Below are positions 31,091 to 49,374 of a stretch of DNA of 64,000 nucleotides, in pieces. Origin of the DNA: the human T2T-CHM13v2.0 reference genome, Homo sapiens. Each line of letters opens with the position of its first letter. Positions within the stretch are counted from its first letter, which is position 1. A program made the position numbers and the translations under genes. The notes under the pieces are model-generated. The model was not told the origin of the DNA, did no database searches, and was given only the letters and a program-made list of their open reading frames with translations. Location: positions 38,464,001 to 38,528,000 of the forward strand of contig CP068257.2 in assembly GCA_009914755.4 (NCBI GenBank), given 5' to 3'.

Positions 31091-33642
31091 AGCCAATGTG
31101 ATTATCTCAAATAGATGCAGAAAAGGCTTTTGGTAAAATCCAACATCCATTCATGTTAAAAACTCTCAATAAACTAGTTATTGAAGGAACACACCTCAAA
31201 GTATTATGACCCATATATGACAAACCCACAGCCAACATCATACTGAATGGGCAAAAGCTGGAAGTATTCCCCTTGAAAACTGGCACAAGACAAGGATGCC
31301 CTCTCTCACCACTCCTACTCAACACAGTATTGGAAGTTCTGGCCAGGGCAATCAGGCAAGAGAAAGAAATAAAAGGCATTCAAACAGGAAGAGAGGAAGT
31401 CAAACTATCCCTATTTGTAGATGGCATGATTCCATATCTAGAAAATGCCATCATCTCAGCCCAAAAGCTTCTTAAGCTGATAAACAACTTCAGTAAAGTC
31501 TCAGGATAGTGCGAAAATCACTAGCATTCCTATCCTCTAACAACAGTCAAGCTGAGAGCCAAATCAGGAATAAACTCCCATTCACAACTGCCACAAAAAG
31601 AATAAAGTACCTTGGAATGAAGCTAACTAGGATGGTGAGAGATCCCTACAAGGAGAACTACAAACTACTGCTCAAAGAAATCAGAGATGACACAAACAAA
31701 TGGAAAAACATTTCATGCTCATGAATAGGAAGAATCAATATCTTAAAATGGCTATACTACCCACGCAACTTATAGATTCATGCTATTCTCATTAAACTAC
31801 CATTAAGATTCTTCACAGAACTAGAAAAAACTATTTTAAAAATTCAGTTGGAACCAAAAAGAGCCCAAACAGCCAAGGCAATCCTAAGCAAAAAGAACAA
31901 AGCTAGAAGCATCATGCTACTGGACTTCAAACTATACTACAGGGCTACAGTAACCAAAACAGCATGGTTCTGGTACAAGAACAGACACATAGACCAATGG
32001 AACAGAATAAAGAACCCAGAAATAAGACTGCACATCTACAACTATCTAATCTTCAACAAACCTGACAAAAACAAGCAATGGGGAAAGGACTCCCTATTCA
32101 ATAAATGGTGCTGGGATAACTAGCTAGCCATATGCAGAAGATTGAAGCTGGCTCCCTTCCTTACACGATATACAAAAATCAACTCAAGATGGATTAAAAA
32201 ATGTAAATGTAAAACCTAAAGCTAAAAACACTCTGGAAGACAGCCTAGGCAATACTATTCAGGACATAGGCATGGGCAAAGATTTCATGATGAAGACACC
32301 AAAAGCAATTCGCAACAACAACAAAAATGGACAAATGGGATCAAGTAAATGAAAGAGCTTCTGTGCAGCAAAAGAAATTATCAACAGAGTAAACAGCTGA
32401 CAGAATGGGAGAAAATTTTTGCAAACTATGCATCTGACAAAGGTCTAATATTCAGCCTTTATAAGAAACGTAAACAAATTTACAAGAAAAAAATAAACAA
32501 TCCGATAAAACGTGGGCAGAGGACATGAATAGACACTTTTCAAAAGAGAACCTACATGCAGCCAACAAGCATAGGAAAAGCTCAACATCACTGATCATTA
32601 GAGAAATGCAAATCAGTGGTGTGGAGCCAAGATGGCGGAATAGGAACAGCTCCAGTCTACAGCTCCCAGTGTGAGCGACGCAGAAGATGGGTGATTTCTG
32701 CATTTCCAACTGAGGTACCGGGTTCATCTTACTGGGGAGTGTCGGACAGTGGACGCAGGACAGCGGGTGCAGCGCACCGAGCATGAGGCAAAGCAGGGCG
32801 AGGCATCGCCTCACCCAGGAAGCACAAGGGTTCAGGGGATTCCCTTTCCTAGTTAAAGAAAGGGGTGACAGACGGCACCTGGAAAATCGGGTCACTCCCA
32901 CCCTAATACTGCACTTTTCCGATGGTCTTAGCAAACGGCACACCAGGAGATTATATCCTGTGCCTTGCTTGGAGGGTCCTATGCCCACAGAGCCTCACTC
33001 ATTGCTAGCACAGCAGTCTGAGATCAAACTGCAAGGTGGCAGTGAAGCTGGGGGAGGGGCGCCCACCATTGCGGAGGCTTGAGTAGGTAAACAAAGTGGC
33101 CGGGAAGCTCAAACTGGGTGGAGCCCACCGCAGCTCAAGGAGGCCTGCCTGCCTCTGTAGACTCCACCTCTGGGGGCAGGGCATAGCCAAACAAAAGGCA
33201 GCAGAAACCTCTGAACACTTAAATGTCACTGTCTGACAGCTTTGAAGAGAGTAGTGGTTCCCCTAGCATGCAGCTGGAGATCTGAGAACAGACAGACTGC
33301 CTCCTCAAGTGGGTCCCTGACCCCCGAGTAGCCTAACTGGGAGGCACCCACCAGTGGGGCAGACTGACACCTCACACGGCCAGGTACTCCTCTGAGACAA
33401 AATTTCCACAGGAAAGATCAGGCAGCAACATTTGCTGTTCACCAATATCCACTGTTCTGCAGCCTCCGCTGCTGATACCCAGGCAAACAGGGTCTGGAGA
33501 GGACCTCCAGCAAACTCCAACAGACCTTCACCTGAGGGTCCTGACTGTTAGAAGGAAAACTAACAAACAGAAAGGACATCCACACCAAAACCCCATCTGT
33601 ACGTCACCATCATCAAAGACCAAAGGTAGATAAAACCACAAA

Positions 33643-34659
33643 GATGGGGAAAAAACAGAGCAGAAGAACTGGAAACTCTAAAAATCAGAATGCCTCTCCT
33701 CCTCCAAAGGAACGTAGCTCCTCACCAGCAACAGAACAAAGCTGGATGGAAGATGATTTTGATGAGTTGAGAGAAGAAGGCTTCAGATGATCAAACGACT
33801 CAGAGCTAAAGGAGGAAGTTTGAACCCATGGCAAAGAAGTTAAAAACCTTGAAAAAAATTAGACGAATGGCTAACTAGAATAACCAATGCAGAGAAGTCC
33901 TTAAAGGACCTGATGGAGCTGAAAACCACAGCATGAGAACTACGTGACGAATGCACAAGCCTCAGTAGCTGATTCAATCAACTGGAAGAAAGGGTATCAG
34001 TGATGGAAGATCAAATGAATGAAATGAAGTGAGAAGAGAAGTTTAGAGAAAAAAGAATAAAAAGAAATGAACAAAGCCTCCAAGAAATATGGGACTATGT
34101 GAAAAGACCAAATCTACATCTGATTGGTGTGCCTGAAAGTGACAGAGAGAATGGAACCAAGTTGGAAAACACTCTGCAGGATATTATCCAGGAGAATTTC
34201 CCCAATCTAGCAAGGCAGGCCAACATTCAAATTCAGGAAATACAGAGAACACCATAAAGATACTCCTTGAGAAGAGCAACTCCAAGACACATAATTGTCA
34301 GATTCACCAAAGTTGAAATGAAGGAAAAAATGTTAAGGGCAGCCAGAGAGAAAGGTTGGGTTACCCACAAAGGAAAGCCTATCAGACTAAGAGCTGATCT
34401 CTCAGCAGAAACTCTACAAGCCAGAAGAGAGTGGGGGCCAATATTCAACATTCTTAAAGAAAAGAATTTTCAACCCAGAATTTCATATCCAGCCAAACTA
34501 AGCTTCATAAGTGAAGGAGAAATAAAATACTTTACAGACAAGCAAATGCTGAGAGATTTTGTCACCACCAGGCCGGCCCTAAAAGAGCTCCTAAAGGAAG
34601 CACTAAACATGGAAAGGAACAACCAGTACCAGTCACTGCAAAAACATGCCAAATTGTAA
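33643..34659 (+). pseudogene. L1 ORF1 remnant (premature TGA after about 47 codons; C-terminal 130 aa intact as ORF 34267..34659)
   Basis: 'MGKKQSRRTGNSKNQNASPPPKERSSSPATEQSWMEDDFDELREEGFR*', and later 'RFTKVEMKEKMLRAAREKGWVTHKGKPIRLRADLSAETLQARREWGPIFNILKEKNFQPRISYPAKLSFISEGEIKYFTDKQMLRDFVTTRPALKELLKEALNMERNNQYQSLQKHAKL'. Confidence 0.85.
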
Positions 34660-34722
34660 AGACTGTCGAGGCTAGGAAGAAACTGCATCAACTAACGAGC
34701 AAAATAACCAGCTAACATCATG

Positions 34723-38544
<3,822 letters not shown>

Positions 38545-39905
38545 ACAATGAGAACACATGGACACAGGAAGGGGAACATCACACACTGGAGCCTGTTGTG
38601 GGGTGCGGGGACGGGGGAGGAATAGCATTAGGAGATATACCTAATGTTAAATGACTAGTTAATGGGTGCAGCACACCAACATGGCACATGTATACATATG
38701 TAACAAACCTGCACGTTGTGCACATGTACCCTAAAACTTACAGTATAATAATAAAAAAAAAGAAATGCAAATCAAAACCACGATGAGATATCATCTCACA
38801 CCAGGCAGAATGACTATTATTAGAAAGCCAAAAAATAACAGATGCTGGTGAGGTTGTGGAGAAAAAGGGATGCTCATACACTGTTGATGGGAGTATAAAT
38901 TAGTTCAGGCATTGTGGAAGACAGTGTGGCAACTCCTCAAAGACCTAATGACAGAAATACCATTTGACCTGGCAATCCCATTACTGGGTATATACCCAAA
39001 GGAATAGAAATCATTATGTTATAAAGACACATGCACACATATATTCATTGCAGCTCTATTCACAATAGCAAAGATGTGAAATCAATCTAAATGCCCATCA
39101 ATGATAGACTAGATAAAGAAAATGTGATAAATATACACCATAGAATACTATGCAGCCATGAAAAAGAACAAGATCATGTCCTTTGCAGAGATGGATGGAG
39201 CTGGATGCCATTATTCTTAGCAAACTAACATGGAAATAGAAAAACAAATACCACATGTTCTCACTTGTATGTGGTAGCTAAATTATGAGAACATACACAC
39301 ACATAGAGGGGAACAACACACAACACAACAACAACACACACCTTTCAGAGGGTGGAGGGTGAGAGGAGGGGGAGGATCAGGAAAAACTACTAATGGGTAT
39401 TAGGATTAATACTTGGGTGATGAAATAATCTGTAAAACAAACTTTTGTGACACAAGTTTACCTATATAAGAAATCTGCACGTTACCCCTGAACTTAAAAG
39501 TGAAAAAATAACGAACTGCATTCCATTAGAACTAGCCGTGAAATAAAAAGATATTTCCAAGAAAGCTTCAGGAATAGACTTCCCAAGAAATTTTATAAAA
39601 CCAGAATTGATTTTCACATGTCTGGGATATTTAGATGTAGCCTTGCCTCAAAGAAACCCTTCGAGGTTTTTTCCAGCCGTATGATTCCATGACAGGATGC
39701 TGGGGCTACAGTAATCCTTGGTTGATCCAAGAACATAGAGAGCCTAGCATCTGCCTGCCATGTAGAAGCACTGCACAAAGGTCTCATGTATATGATTCAT
39801 TACATGTGCGTAAATGGAATACAATTGTCTATTTTTAGGCCAACTTGTGGTATCTCCATAATTTTCAGATTTTCCATTATTAAAAAAAAAAAAAGAGAGA
39901 GATTC

Positions 39906-40272
<367 letters not shown>

Positions 40273-41134
40273 TTAAAAGCACAGGCACTTGATCCAAATC
40301 CTTCTGGGATACAAAGCATCCCAAAGTACATAACACAATTTCTTGCCTTATTAAGCTACAGCTTCATTACACAATTTAACCTCTTTTAGATGACTCACAG
40401 TCATCATCTATAAAATTTAATTCAACACACATTTGAGGAACATCCACTATTTCAGCACAATACCAGGTTTGCCAGTCTATGCCCATGTCTAACAATAACG
40501 CAAGAGATTGTGGTTATGTCAAAGTGAGGTTGAAAGTCAGTGCTGGGAGTACTGGGGCAGGATGGAAATGGGATCCCAGGGAAGGCAGGTAAGCATGAGG
40601 ACAAAGAGCTCAGCCCGCTGTGGGTTGCAGATCCCATCTTCCTTTGCTAACCTGCGTGACCCTGGCCAGATTGCAGAGTCTTCATTTCAGTATCACTGAG
40701 TGAAGATAACAATCATAACACCTCCTGCGTAAGGTAGTCACCAGAATTAACTGATGCAAAACAGTATTTTTAAAAATGTGAGTCATAGGAGGAATTTAAT
40801 GGAACATGACAATCACTTTAAAAACAAAATGAAATAGAATAGAAAAAAAGTCAAATGGAACAGAAAATATCGGAGGGCATCACGTGTAGTAAATGTAAGT
40901 TTGTGGTGTGCGAGTACTTTCGTGGCGTGATTATAACTTATATTTTCTATCGTGGGTCACCATAGGGCAAGTTCAAAAACCATAGGTATAAAGCTTTTGG
41001 CACTCGGTGCCTAATGTGTAGCCAGTGATAAAAAGTGGTGAAATAAAAATACAGCATTTAAGTTGAGCTTTAAACAATAAACATTTTTACCAAAGAGGAT
41101 GGAATGGAAAAGGTAAGAAAAACCCAATACGTGT

Positions 41135-41175
41135 ACACACACACACACACACACACATACACACACGTGCACAAA
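41135..41175. repeat. (GT/CA)n microsatellite, imperfect
   Basis: 'gtgtacacacacacacacacacacacatacacacacgtgcac'. Confidence 0.85.
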
Positions 41176-41526
41176 TGCAGACACATATGAGACATGGTAT
41201 TACTTAGATATTGGATGGAAGAAGGTTTTTAGAATATGAAACTAGACAGGAGATGCAGCTGGATTGTGGAAATCTATCTAGGTCATATTGAGAATTTTGA
41301 ATGTCTTTAGGTAAAAACTGCGAAGTCATCCAATAAATTTGCACTAGGAAATAACATGCTCAGATTCAGAATTGGAAAAAGGAATTGTGACAGGGATGTG
41401 GACAACAGACTGGGAGTTGAGCCTGGCAGTGGGAAGGCTTCTGACTTGGTTTTGATTCTCCAGGGGAGGACCTGAAGCAAGGCAATGGCATTGGGTGTGA
41501 AAGGAAGGAGATTAAGAAGACATTGC

Positions 41527-41794
41527 ATTGGGAGGCCGAGGCAGGCCGATCACTTGAGGTCAGAAGTTTGAGAGCAGCCTGGCCAACATGGTGAAAACCC
41601 CATCTCCACTAAAACCACAGAAATTAGCCTGGTGGGGTGGCGGGTGCCTGTAATCCCAGCTACTCAGGAGGCTGAGGCAGGAGAATCGTTTGAACCTGGG
41701 AGGTGGAGGTTGCAGTGAGCCGAGATTGCGCCACTGCACTATAGCCTGGCGACAGAGTGAAACTCCGTCTCAAAACAAACAAACAACAAAAAAG
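41527..41794 (+). mobile_element. Alu SINE (AluS-like), 5'-truncated by about 30 bp
   Basis: Begins at 'ttgggaggccgaggcaggccgatcacttgaggtcagaagtttgagagcagcctggccaacatggtgaaaa' and ends in the A-rich 'caaaacaaacaaacaacaaaaaag'. Confidence 0.85.
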
Positions 41795-44700
41795 ACATTG
41801 CAGAGAGCTCTTGTGACATGATGTCACTTTGCTCATTTATTTCCTCTGATCATATTACCCTTTCCTGCCTCTGATTCATCAGGTAAAATTCTTCTCTTCC
41901 TGCAAGCCAGGGCTAGCTATGTGTTCCAAGCAACCATCTCTGGCCGTATGTTTGAGTGACACCCAGTCCGCGCTCCTGCACTGTGCTGTGCACATCATTG
42001 CTGTGTCCTCTGTCACATCACACAGAAGGGTGACATTGTCTAGTGTTTCCTGCCTTCCCTGGAACTTCTGGGTATGGGTTTGGAGCGTACGTCATGGTCC
42101 CTTTGTGGTTAAGACATGGACCAGAATCTTATGACAGATTCTGGCTCGTGATTTGTGCTTGGAGCGTTTACCTGCCTATGTCAGCGCCTCAGAGATTTCT
42201 TTCTCTTTGTCATGAAACCTGCCTGGGTCCTTCCTGGAGTGAAGATAGCATGGCATGTACTACCACATACTCACAATGAGCATGATCGTGAAAGAAAAAT
42301 AAAACCATTGGTTGTTGTATGGTTGTTGTAAATCACTGAGGTTTCAGGCCTGTTTGTGATGCCCCCTAACTCAGCATCTCTTGATTGATGTGATTCAGAA
42401 CCTGGCTCAGAGCTTGGTGTAAGAGTAGTGCTCTATGTTTATTTGTGGTAAAAATGAATAAATGATTAGGAGAGGAACTATAGGTAGCTTGAAGGCTTCT
42501 GGTCAGAAGGCAGCAGATTTTGTTAGATCGTAAGCTAAATCAGAACACAGGAAAAGAGGGAGACACAAGTATAAATGTGTTTGTGGGCACATTGAATGCG
42601 AAGTACTGGAGAGGTCTTCCTGAGTACGCAGATGGTGGTAAGCTGGAAATATAGGACTGACGGTTCTCTAAGATTGTCAGGATAGAGATAAAAAATGCGA
42701 ACTCTTTAATTTCAGATGATAGTTACATTATAAGAACAGATTCAATGATCCACAGAGATAGTGAAGAATATTAAGAGATAAAGGAAGAATATTGGGAAAT
42801 GCCTACATTTAAGGGTGGGAAGCAGAGGGACAAGAAGCAACAAAGAATAAAAAACATGATAATGGAAGCTAAGAGAAGGAGGATTTTAAAAGCAAATTGC
42901 TATCTAGTAGCGTCACTATATGCTACAGTGACATGAAATAGGGAGGGTACTGGGAGGGAGGAACGACGTTTTAATACAGCCAGGAGGTCCGTGTTCCGTG
43001 TGAGAGAGGAAGAATGAACACAGCGATGAGTATCATTGTAGATACAGATGAGCACGTTAGATGCTGCTTTCCAGATTCCACGTTATACCACTTTTCCACT
43101 CCTTGAGATTCCTGCACATTTCTGGTTCTCGGAAGTCCCCTTTCGCTCTCAGCCTGACTATGGCTTTATTTGATGCAGTCTGTGGCTGATTGGGAGGCAA
43201 ACACACACCTGTTGCCTGGGGTGGGAAGCTGTCTGGACCTGGTGAGTTACTTTGCCTCCCAGAAGACTTGTTTAATTCTAAGTTATGGGCTACAATGTGG
43301 AGAGCTTAATTGCCCAGGTCTTCTGGGTAAGAAGAGTAGTGGTGTATTCTCACTGATTAACTCAGCAACATTTATTGAGCACCTACTATGTACAGGAACT
43401 GAATAACATTATCATCTGAAGCTGGAATAACCAATGTGAATCACAGCTCAGAGATATTTTATGCCTTCTGATTTTTAGTTTTCATTAATGAGAAGTCTGT
43501 GCTTCCTAATTTTACATTTCTAAGCTCCGCAAATGAGATTAGCATTGTGAAACAGACAATGTCTATATCATAATGCTTATTTAATGTGTATATAGTAAAA
43601 GCAGTCTGTTTGTGAAAGTTTTTCAGACTGCTTTTATGTAGACGGGAGCGTTGGGGAGGAAATGAAGCTTGGCTGTTTTCTTCCTGGGACCTTAAAAGGG
43701 TTATCTCACGTCTTTGGATTTTCATTGCTTATAATAGATTGTTTGATCATTCAAACCACTATATATTAAAATTAATAGCCAGAATCCACAAATTATGTGG
43801 ATGAGGCTCTGAATCAAATGACTTTTGAGATTTTGCAGTTTGAATCTCTGATTGGGGAGTTTAATATCTCATTGCACTGTTGGACCCCCGAGGGAAAGTT
43901 CATGTTCAGTCCACATCATCTTTAGACAACCTGTTTGTAGATTCATTCTCAGTTACCCTAACTTGTCATCTGGCCACATGCAAGTTTCAAATTCTAATGT
44001 CTTTTTCTAAGCTAAACTGAGAGAGCACCATGAAATAAATGCCTATCAGCAGACATTATATGTCACATATTAGAGAAAAAAGCTTGTCTATTTTAACAGG
44101 GTTCTTTCCCAAGAAGGGGAGATGAATTTGGGATCTTGAGAGAAAATGACATCAGCGAGGAGGTTAGCTGAGGGACTCTTATAAAAGGGACCAAATTACA
44201 AGGCATATTGTGTCCTGATTTATCCCCCTATGTTCTACATTTAACTATGAAATCATTTCAAAGAAAAAAAAATTCAGATTTATGAGCAAGGAAAATATCT
44301 AGAGCTCATACTGTCCTCTGGTGGTCATTCGCACACATAGCCAGAAATGCAAATGCCTTGGAAAACTTGACAGCATCTAGTTTACCGACTGAAAGTCAAA
44401 TTGCAGAAACTGATGAAAACAAAACAAAACAAAAAAACACCCTCTTTCCTGTACTTTAAAGTTTCTTGATCATTTCATATTTAAAACAGAATAATGGATA
44501 CTATTTACAAGTATTCACCTCTGAAGAGAAATAATTGTCTCTGAGCTTGACTCTCACTGATACTATTTGATGTAAAAAATAGGTCTCGTGCTCTTAAATG
44601 ATGGTTGAGATAGATAGACAGGAAGGTGGATATGGAGAGGGAACTGTTTTTAGTTCACTTCACTTCAATTAAGATGCTCTGGGGTTCTGGGACCTCCTTG

Positions 44701-44867
44701 TAACACTTTCTAGGTATTATCTCCTGGAAGAACACAGGCACCTGCCCATCATATTTCTATGTCTCTAGTCTTTTTAATATGGTCAAAAGGCAACACAGAG
44801 ATACCCTGATAAAAATCTCAGCTGTTATTTCCCACCTTTTTCTGGTGGGTTTGCTCTCATTACTGTC

Positions 44868-45249
<382 letters not shown>

Positions 45250-46149
45250 TGAAGAGACAGGAGAAATCCTGGGGAAATGCGTTTCTACCCCATCTAACAA
45301 CACCTGTGTGACTTTGTTTTCAGGATAGGATGTTTTTTCTTCCTTTTCTATTGTATGTAATTCTTAGGCCAGGAGGACAGAGCCAAATACAGCCTGTATC
45401 ATCCACAAATAGGGGCTTTCTCAGTAAGCATCAGTCACTAAGGACTCATTTCAAGTAAGCCAGGTAGGGATTTTTAGTGCAGAGATAAAGATAAGATGAT
45501 TGAGAAGACAAAACGAGAGGAAGCTGCTGGTCTTTCTATACCCTGCTAGGTGCTTTCTAGCCTGTTAGAGTCAAAAGAGCAACCGTGAATCCCATAGCAA
45601 AGAGATCAATGAATGAATGAGTGAATACTAATACAGATGCAATTCAAGTTCTAGTGGAAAATGAGTATACTTTATTTCAGCAATAATTTTTGTCTCTCTT
45701 TGGTGAATACGGGACATGTCAGTGATAAGCAGAAAAGCAGAAGCCACCCTGGGCATTGAGGGCACAATGGCTCAGCTTTTTTTCAGTGTCTACGCTGCTC
45801 TCCATCTCTGGGCTTTGATAGTAGGATTCAGTAAGTGAGGATTAACAGCATATTGAAAACCACATAAGAAGCCCAGAAAAATGTTGTGGAGTCTAACTCT
45901 GACTATTTACGTTTACATATTGACTTCAAGGGCAGAGTACTGCCATGAATGCATAAGCAGTAGAGAACACACCTTGCTTTTTCAGCAACAGACGGAACTT
46001 CATGGGCCAAGCAAGCCCACACACTCTCACACACTCACTGTTGGGGTACACCAGGCCTCAGGGGCACCTGTGGACTCTGAGCTTGGGCAAACATATCACC
46101 TTGATTAAAAGATTAATCCATAAATTTGTTTGGGAATATTTTTCAGCCC

Positions 46150-46500
46150 TAACAAGGAAGGAGATTCCATCGCATGCTACAACATGGATGAACCTTGAGG
46201 ATATCATGTCAAGTGAAACGAGCTGGTCACTAAATGACAAATGCTATATCATTCCACATGCATGAGGTCCCTAGAGGAGTCAAATCCAGAGACAGAAAGT
46301 AGAATGGTGGGTGCCATGGGCTGGTGGGAGGGAGGATAGGGAATTCGTGTTTAATGGGGACAGAGTTTCGGTTTTGTAGAGTTCTGGAGATGGATGGTGG
46401 TGATGGCTTCACAACAACGTGAAGGTATGTAATACTGATGAACTCAATAATCAAAGTGGTCAAGAGGGTAAGTTTTACGTTATGTGTATTTTACCAGAAA
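46150..46500 (+). mobile_element. Old L1 (L1M-type) 3'-end fragment
   Basis: 'acaacatggatgaaccttgaggatatcatgtcaagtgaaa...cagagacagaaagtagaatggtgggtgccatgggctggtgggagggagg...ggatggtggtgatggcttcacaacaacgtgaaggtatgtaatactgatgaactc...taagttttacgttatgtgtattttacc' has the same 3'UTR signature as 18551-18912. Confidence 0.6.
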
Positions 46501-46924
46501 GGAAACAAAACCAGTGTGTATATTCACTCAACAAACGCTTAGTGAATGACTACATGTGTCAAGTTCTATGCTGGGAGCTGGAGATACAAAGATGGAAGAG
46601 ACATGGCACCTGCTGCAGAAAATGTCATAATGTTTCCATGAAGACATCGTCAATTTTGGTGGGTCATTTTAATGTTTTCTTTTCTTTAAAATTTCCCTTT
46701 TTGATATGTTTTGGTGTGGTCTCAGAAGCAGTCTAACTTTATAATGATTATTCAGCAGGAATAATATGAATGATAACAAAAACCACACTTTGAAATAGTA
46801 AATAACTTTTAGTTCCTTCACAATGAACCAGGCTGACTGCTGTAACTGTAAGGGTAATAGATCTTCATTAAAGTCCCTCATTTCTAGCACAATAGGGTTT
46901 TGCCTGCTATTCTTTTCCCTGTGA

Positions 46925-47015
46925 GAGATGGAGGAGGGAAAGAAGGGAGGGATAGGGTGGGAGGGAAGGAAGGAGGGAGGGAAGGAGGGAGGGAGGGAGA
47001 AGGGAGGGAGGGAAG
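46925..47015. repeat. Purine-rich (GGAA/GGGA)n tract
   Basis: 'gagagatggaggagggaaagaagggagggatagggtgggagggaaggaaggagggagggaaggagggagggagggagaagggagggagggaaggcg'. Confidence 0.85.
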
Positions 47016-47380
47016 GCGTGAAGTGCTTATCATGATGAGTCCAACAGTAAAATCAATAGGTGTTGTCCACTGACTATCAATTAAGGCACAATCAAGGCCT
47101 CTGGGTTTTGATTTTGATCAGGCTGCTGGCAGTTTAGTGGGAACTCACCAAATAAACAATAATTCCAGACAATTGTCCCCCTTGTCATGATTCAGGAGCG
47201 TATTTTCAAATGAGGTGTAAATGAGGACTTTGTTTTGTATGTGGAGACAGCAGGGGCAAAACAAAACCACTGGAAAGACCCAGGTAGGTGGGAAACAAAG
47301 GAACGAAACTGTCCAGTGCGAGCACCTGCAGCTCGTCCCTGGCAGACGCTTGAAAGGCACTTGGTTATTTACCAACTTAC

Positions 47381-47514
47381 TGTGGGATAGGGGTGGGAGC
47401 AGAATACAGTGTACTTTCGGATGATGCCGTTCAGCTTGAGAGGGGGAAGCCAGGACACAAAGACCATGGAGGCTGAGGCCGCCGCTGCCTTCACACCCGC
47501 GGGAGGACCTGGAA
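47381..47514 (-). CDS. DSCAM: DSCAM coding exon (N-terminal half of FN3 domain 4): [45 protein letters not shown]
   Basis: Acceptor 'ggctcttccag|TTCCAGGTCC'. Consensus donor 'CCCACA|GTAAGT'. 134 bp, entering phase 1 and leaving phase 0. Lies inside the minus-strand ORF 47369..47593. Confidence 0.88.
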
Positions 47515-49374
47515 CTGGAAGAGCCGTGTGTTTAGTCACAAGGTGGGGCCTCAACTTGGGCTTGCGGACCCACGCTTCCCAACATGACCCCACTCCGCAC
47601 TTACTGTTCAGCTCTTTCAGGATGAGCGTTATGGGTTCCGCTGTGTCCCCCCAAATGCATATGTTGAAGTCCTAACCCCCAGGACCACAGAATGACACTG
47701 TAATTGGAGGTAGGGTCTTTACAGAGGTAATCAAGTTAAAATGAGTTTGTTAGGGTGGTCCCTAATCCAGTACTTCTGGTGTCCTTATAAAAAGGGCCAG
47801 TTTGGACACAGAGACAGACATGTATAGAGGGAAGATGATGTGAAGACACAGGGAGAAGAGGGCGTCTATAAGCCAAGGAGAGAAGCCCAGGACAGATGCT
47901 TGTCTCAAAGCTCTTAGAGAGAACCAGCCCTGCAGACACCTTGATTTTGGACTTCTGGCCTCCAGAACTCAGAGACAGCAAATAAATTCCTAATGTTGGA
48001 GTCTGTGGTCCTTTGTAGCTCTAGGACCTAATACAGTCAGTTCTAGTCCCTCTTGTCCTGGGGAGTCTTCCCAACCCATTTCAGCCCCTGGCAACTTCCT
48101 GCCTCTGGATAACTGGAGAATTAACTTCTGGATCAGTCTCATTTCTGCTGCAGTTTTTGGCTTTGAATGTACTGGGGATGAACCTTTTGGATCCTGAATT
48201 TGAGAAGCATGAGGGTGAACTACCTCAGCCATCAGAGACCCCACCCTCCCTCACCCTAGTCATTTTGTAATGGCACCACTTTGGGCTCAGGAGAGGTATG
48301 GAAATATTGTTGATGAATAGGGATTATTGGGTCAAAGATTCACAGTATCCATGTAAGACAAACTCTCCTCTGTAAACCAGCTAAGAAGGCAGAACATGGT
48401 GGCAGCAATACTAAGCATGATTTGGGAGTGAGATTGAAGGCATGTCCCACTCCTCTTGTTCTTTTATTTTCCAGGTTGAAGAGGTGAGGGCGGGTGAGAT
48501 GGCCAAGACAAGAAGATGCCAAAATGTCAAAGGTGCCAGTGAGGAAGGCATCAGAGCTCTTGCTTTGTTTCTCATTAACCTCACTGTCCATATGGAGGGC
48601 AACCACATTGATGGAGACATTGAAATTCAAACCAATAGAAGTCCCTTGCAAGCCCCTGGAGAAATCTGTGAGTCTTTTACTGCTTTGATGGCAATGCAAC
48701 TGCTCAGTAAATTGTTTTGGAGTTGAATGTGCTTCTCATAATCGTCACCTTGACTCTTCTAAGTCTGCATAACAAAACCAAGAGCTCTGGTGAGAACTAA
48801 CTTGGGTTGGACATAGTCACCATTTGAAAATATAAAATCTTGGTAATCCATTTTTGGCAAGTCTTGCTAACAGTGGAAGGTCTAGAAAAGGTAACACACA
48901 TAAATGATAGATCCTGGGTTAAAAAATCCCTTGAGAACAAACCTCTATCAGGTGAGGGTAATGTCTAAGACATCCACAACCTAGTTCAGAGCTGCCAGGG
49001 TTCCTCCTGAACAACAAGGGCAGAGTGAACGTTTCCTGGGGATTTTAATCCTAGTAGACACCCCAGCTTAGCCAACACTCTCAGTCCTTTCCATAAAGCC
49101 CCTGGTTGGTGTTCACCACAGTGAACATTCTTGCTGGACAGCTTCTCTTTAGGAGGCCAAGTAGTTTAGCACCAACCAGTTGAATGGCTGCTGAAGAGGA
49201 GTCAGTTGTATTTGTTTCCAACCTGTTTGTGACAATTGTACGTGTCATGGGTAGTACTGTAAGTTAATTAATTACGTAAACCAATGAAATTCAAGTGCAA
49301 GAGAAAGCTGTTTCTATGACAATTAATGGGACTACTTTGGAAAGCCTTCCTTAGAGGTAAGTTAGAAAAGAAAT

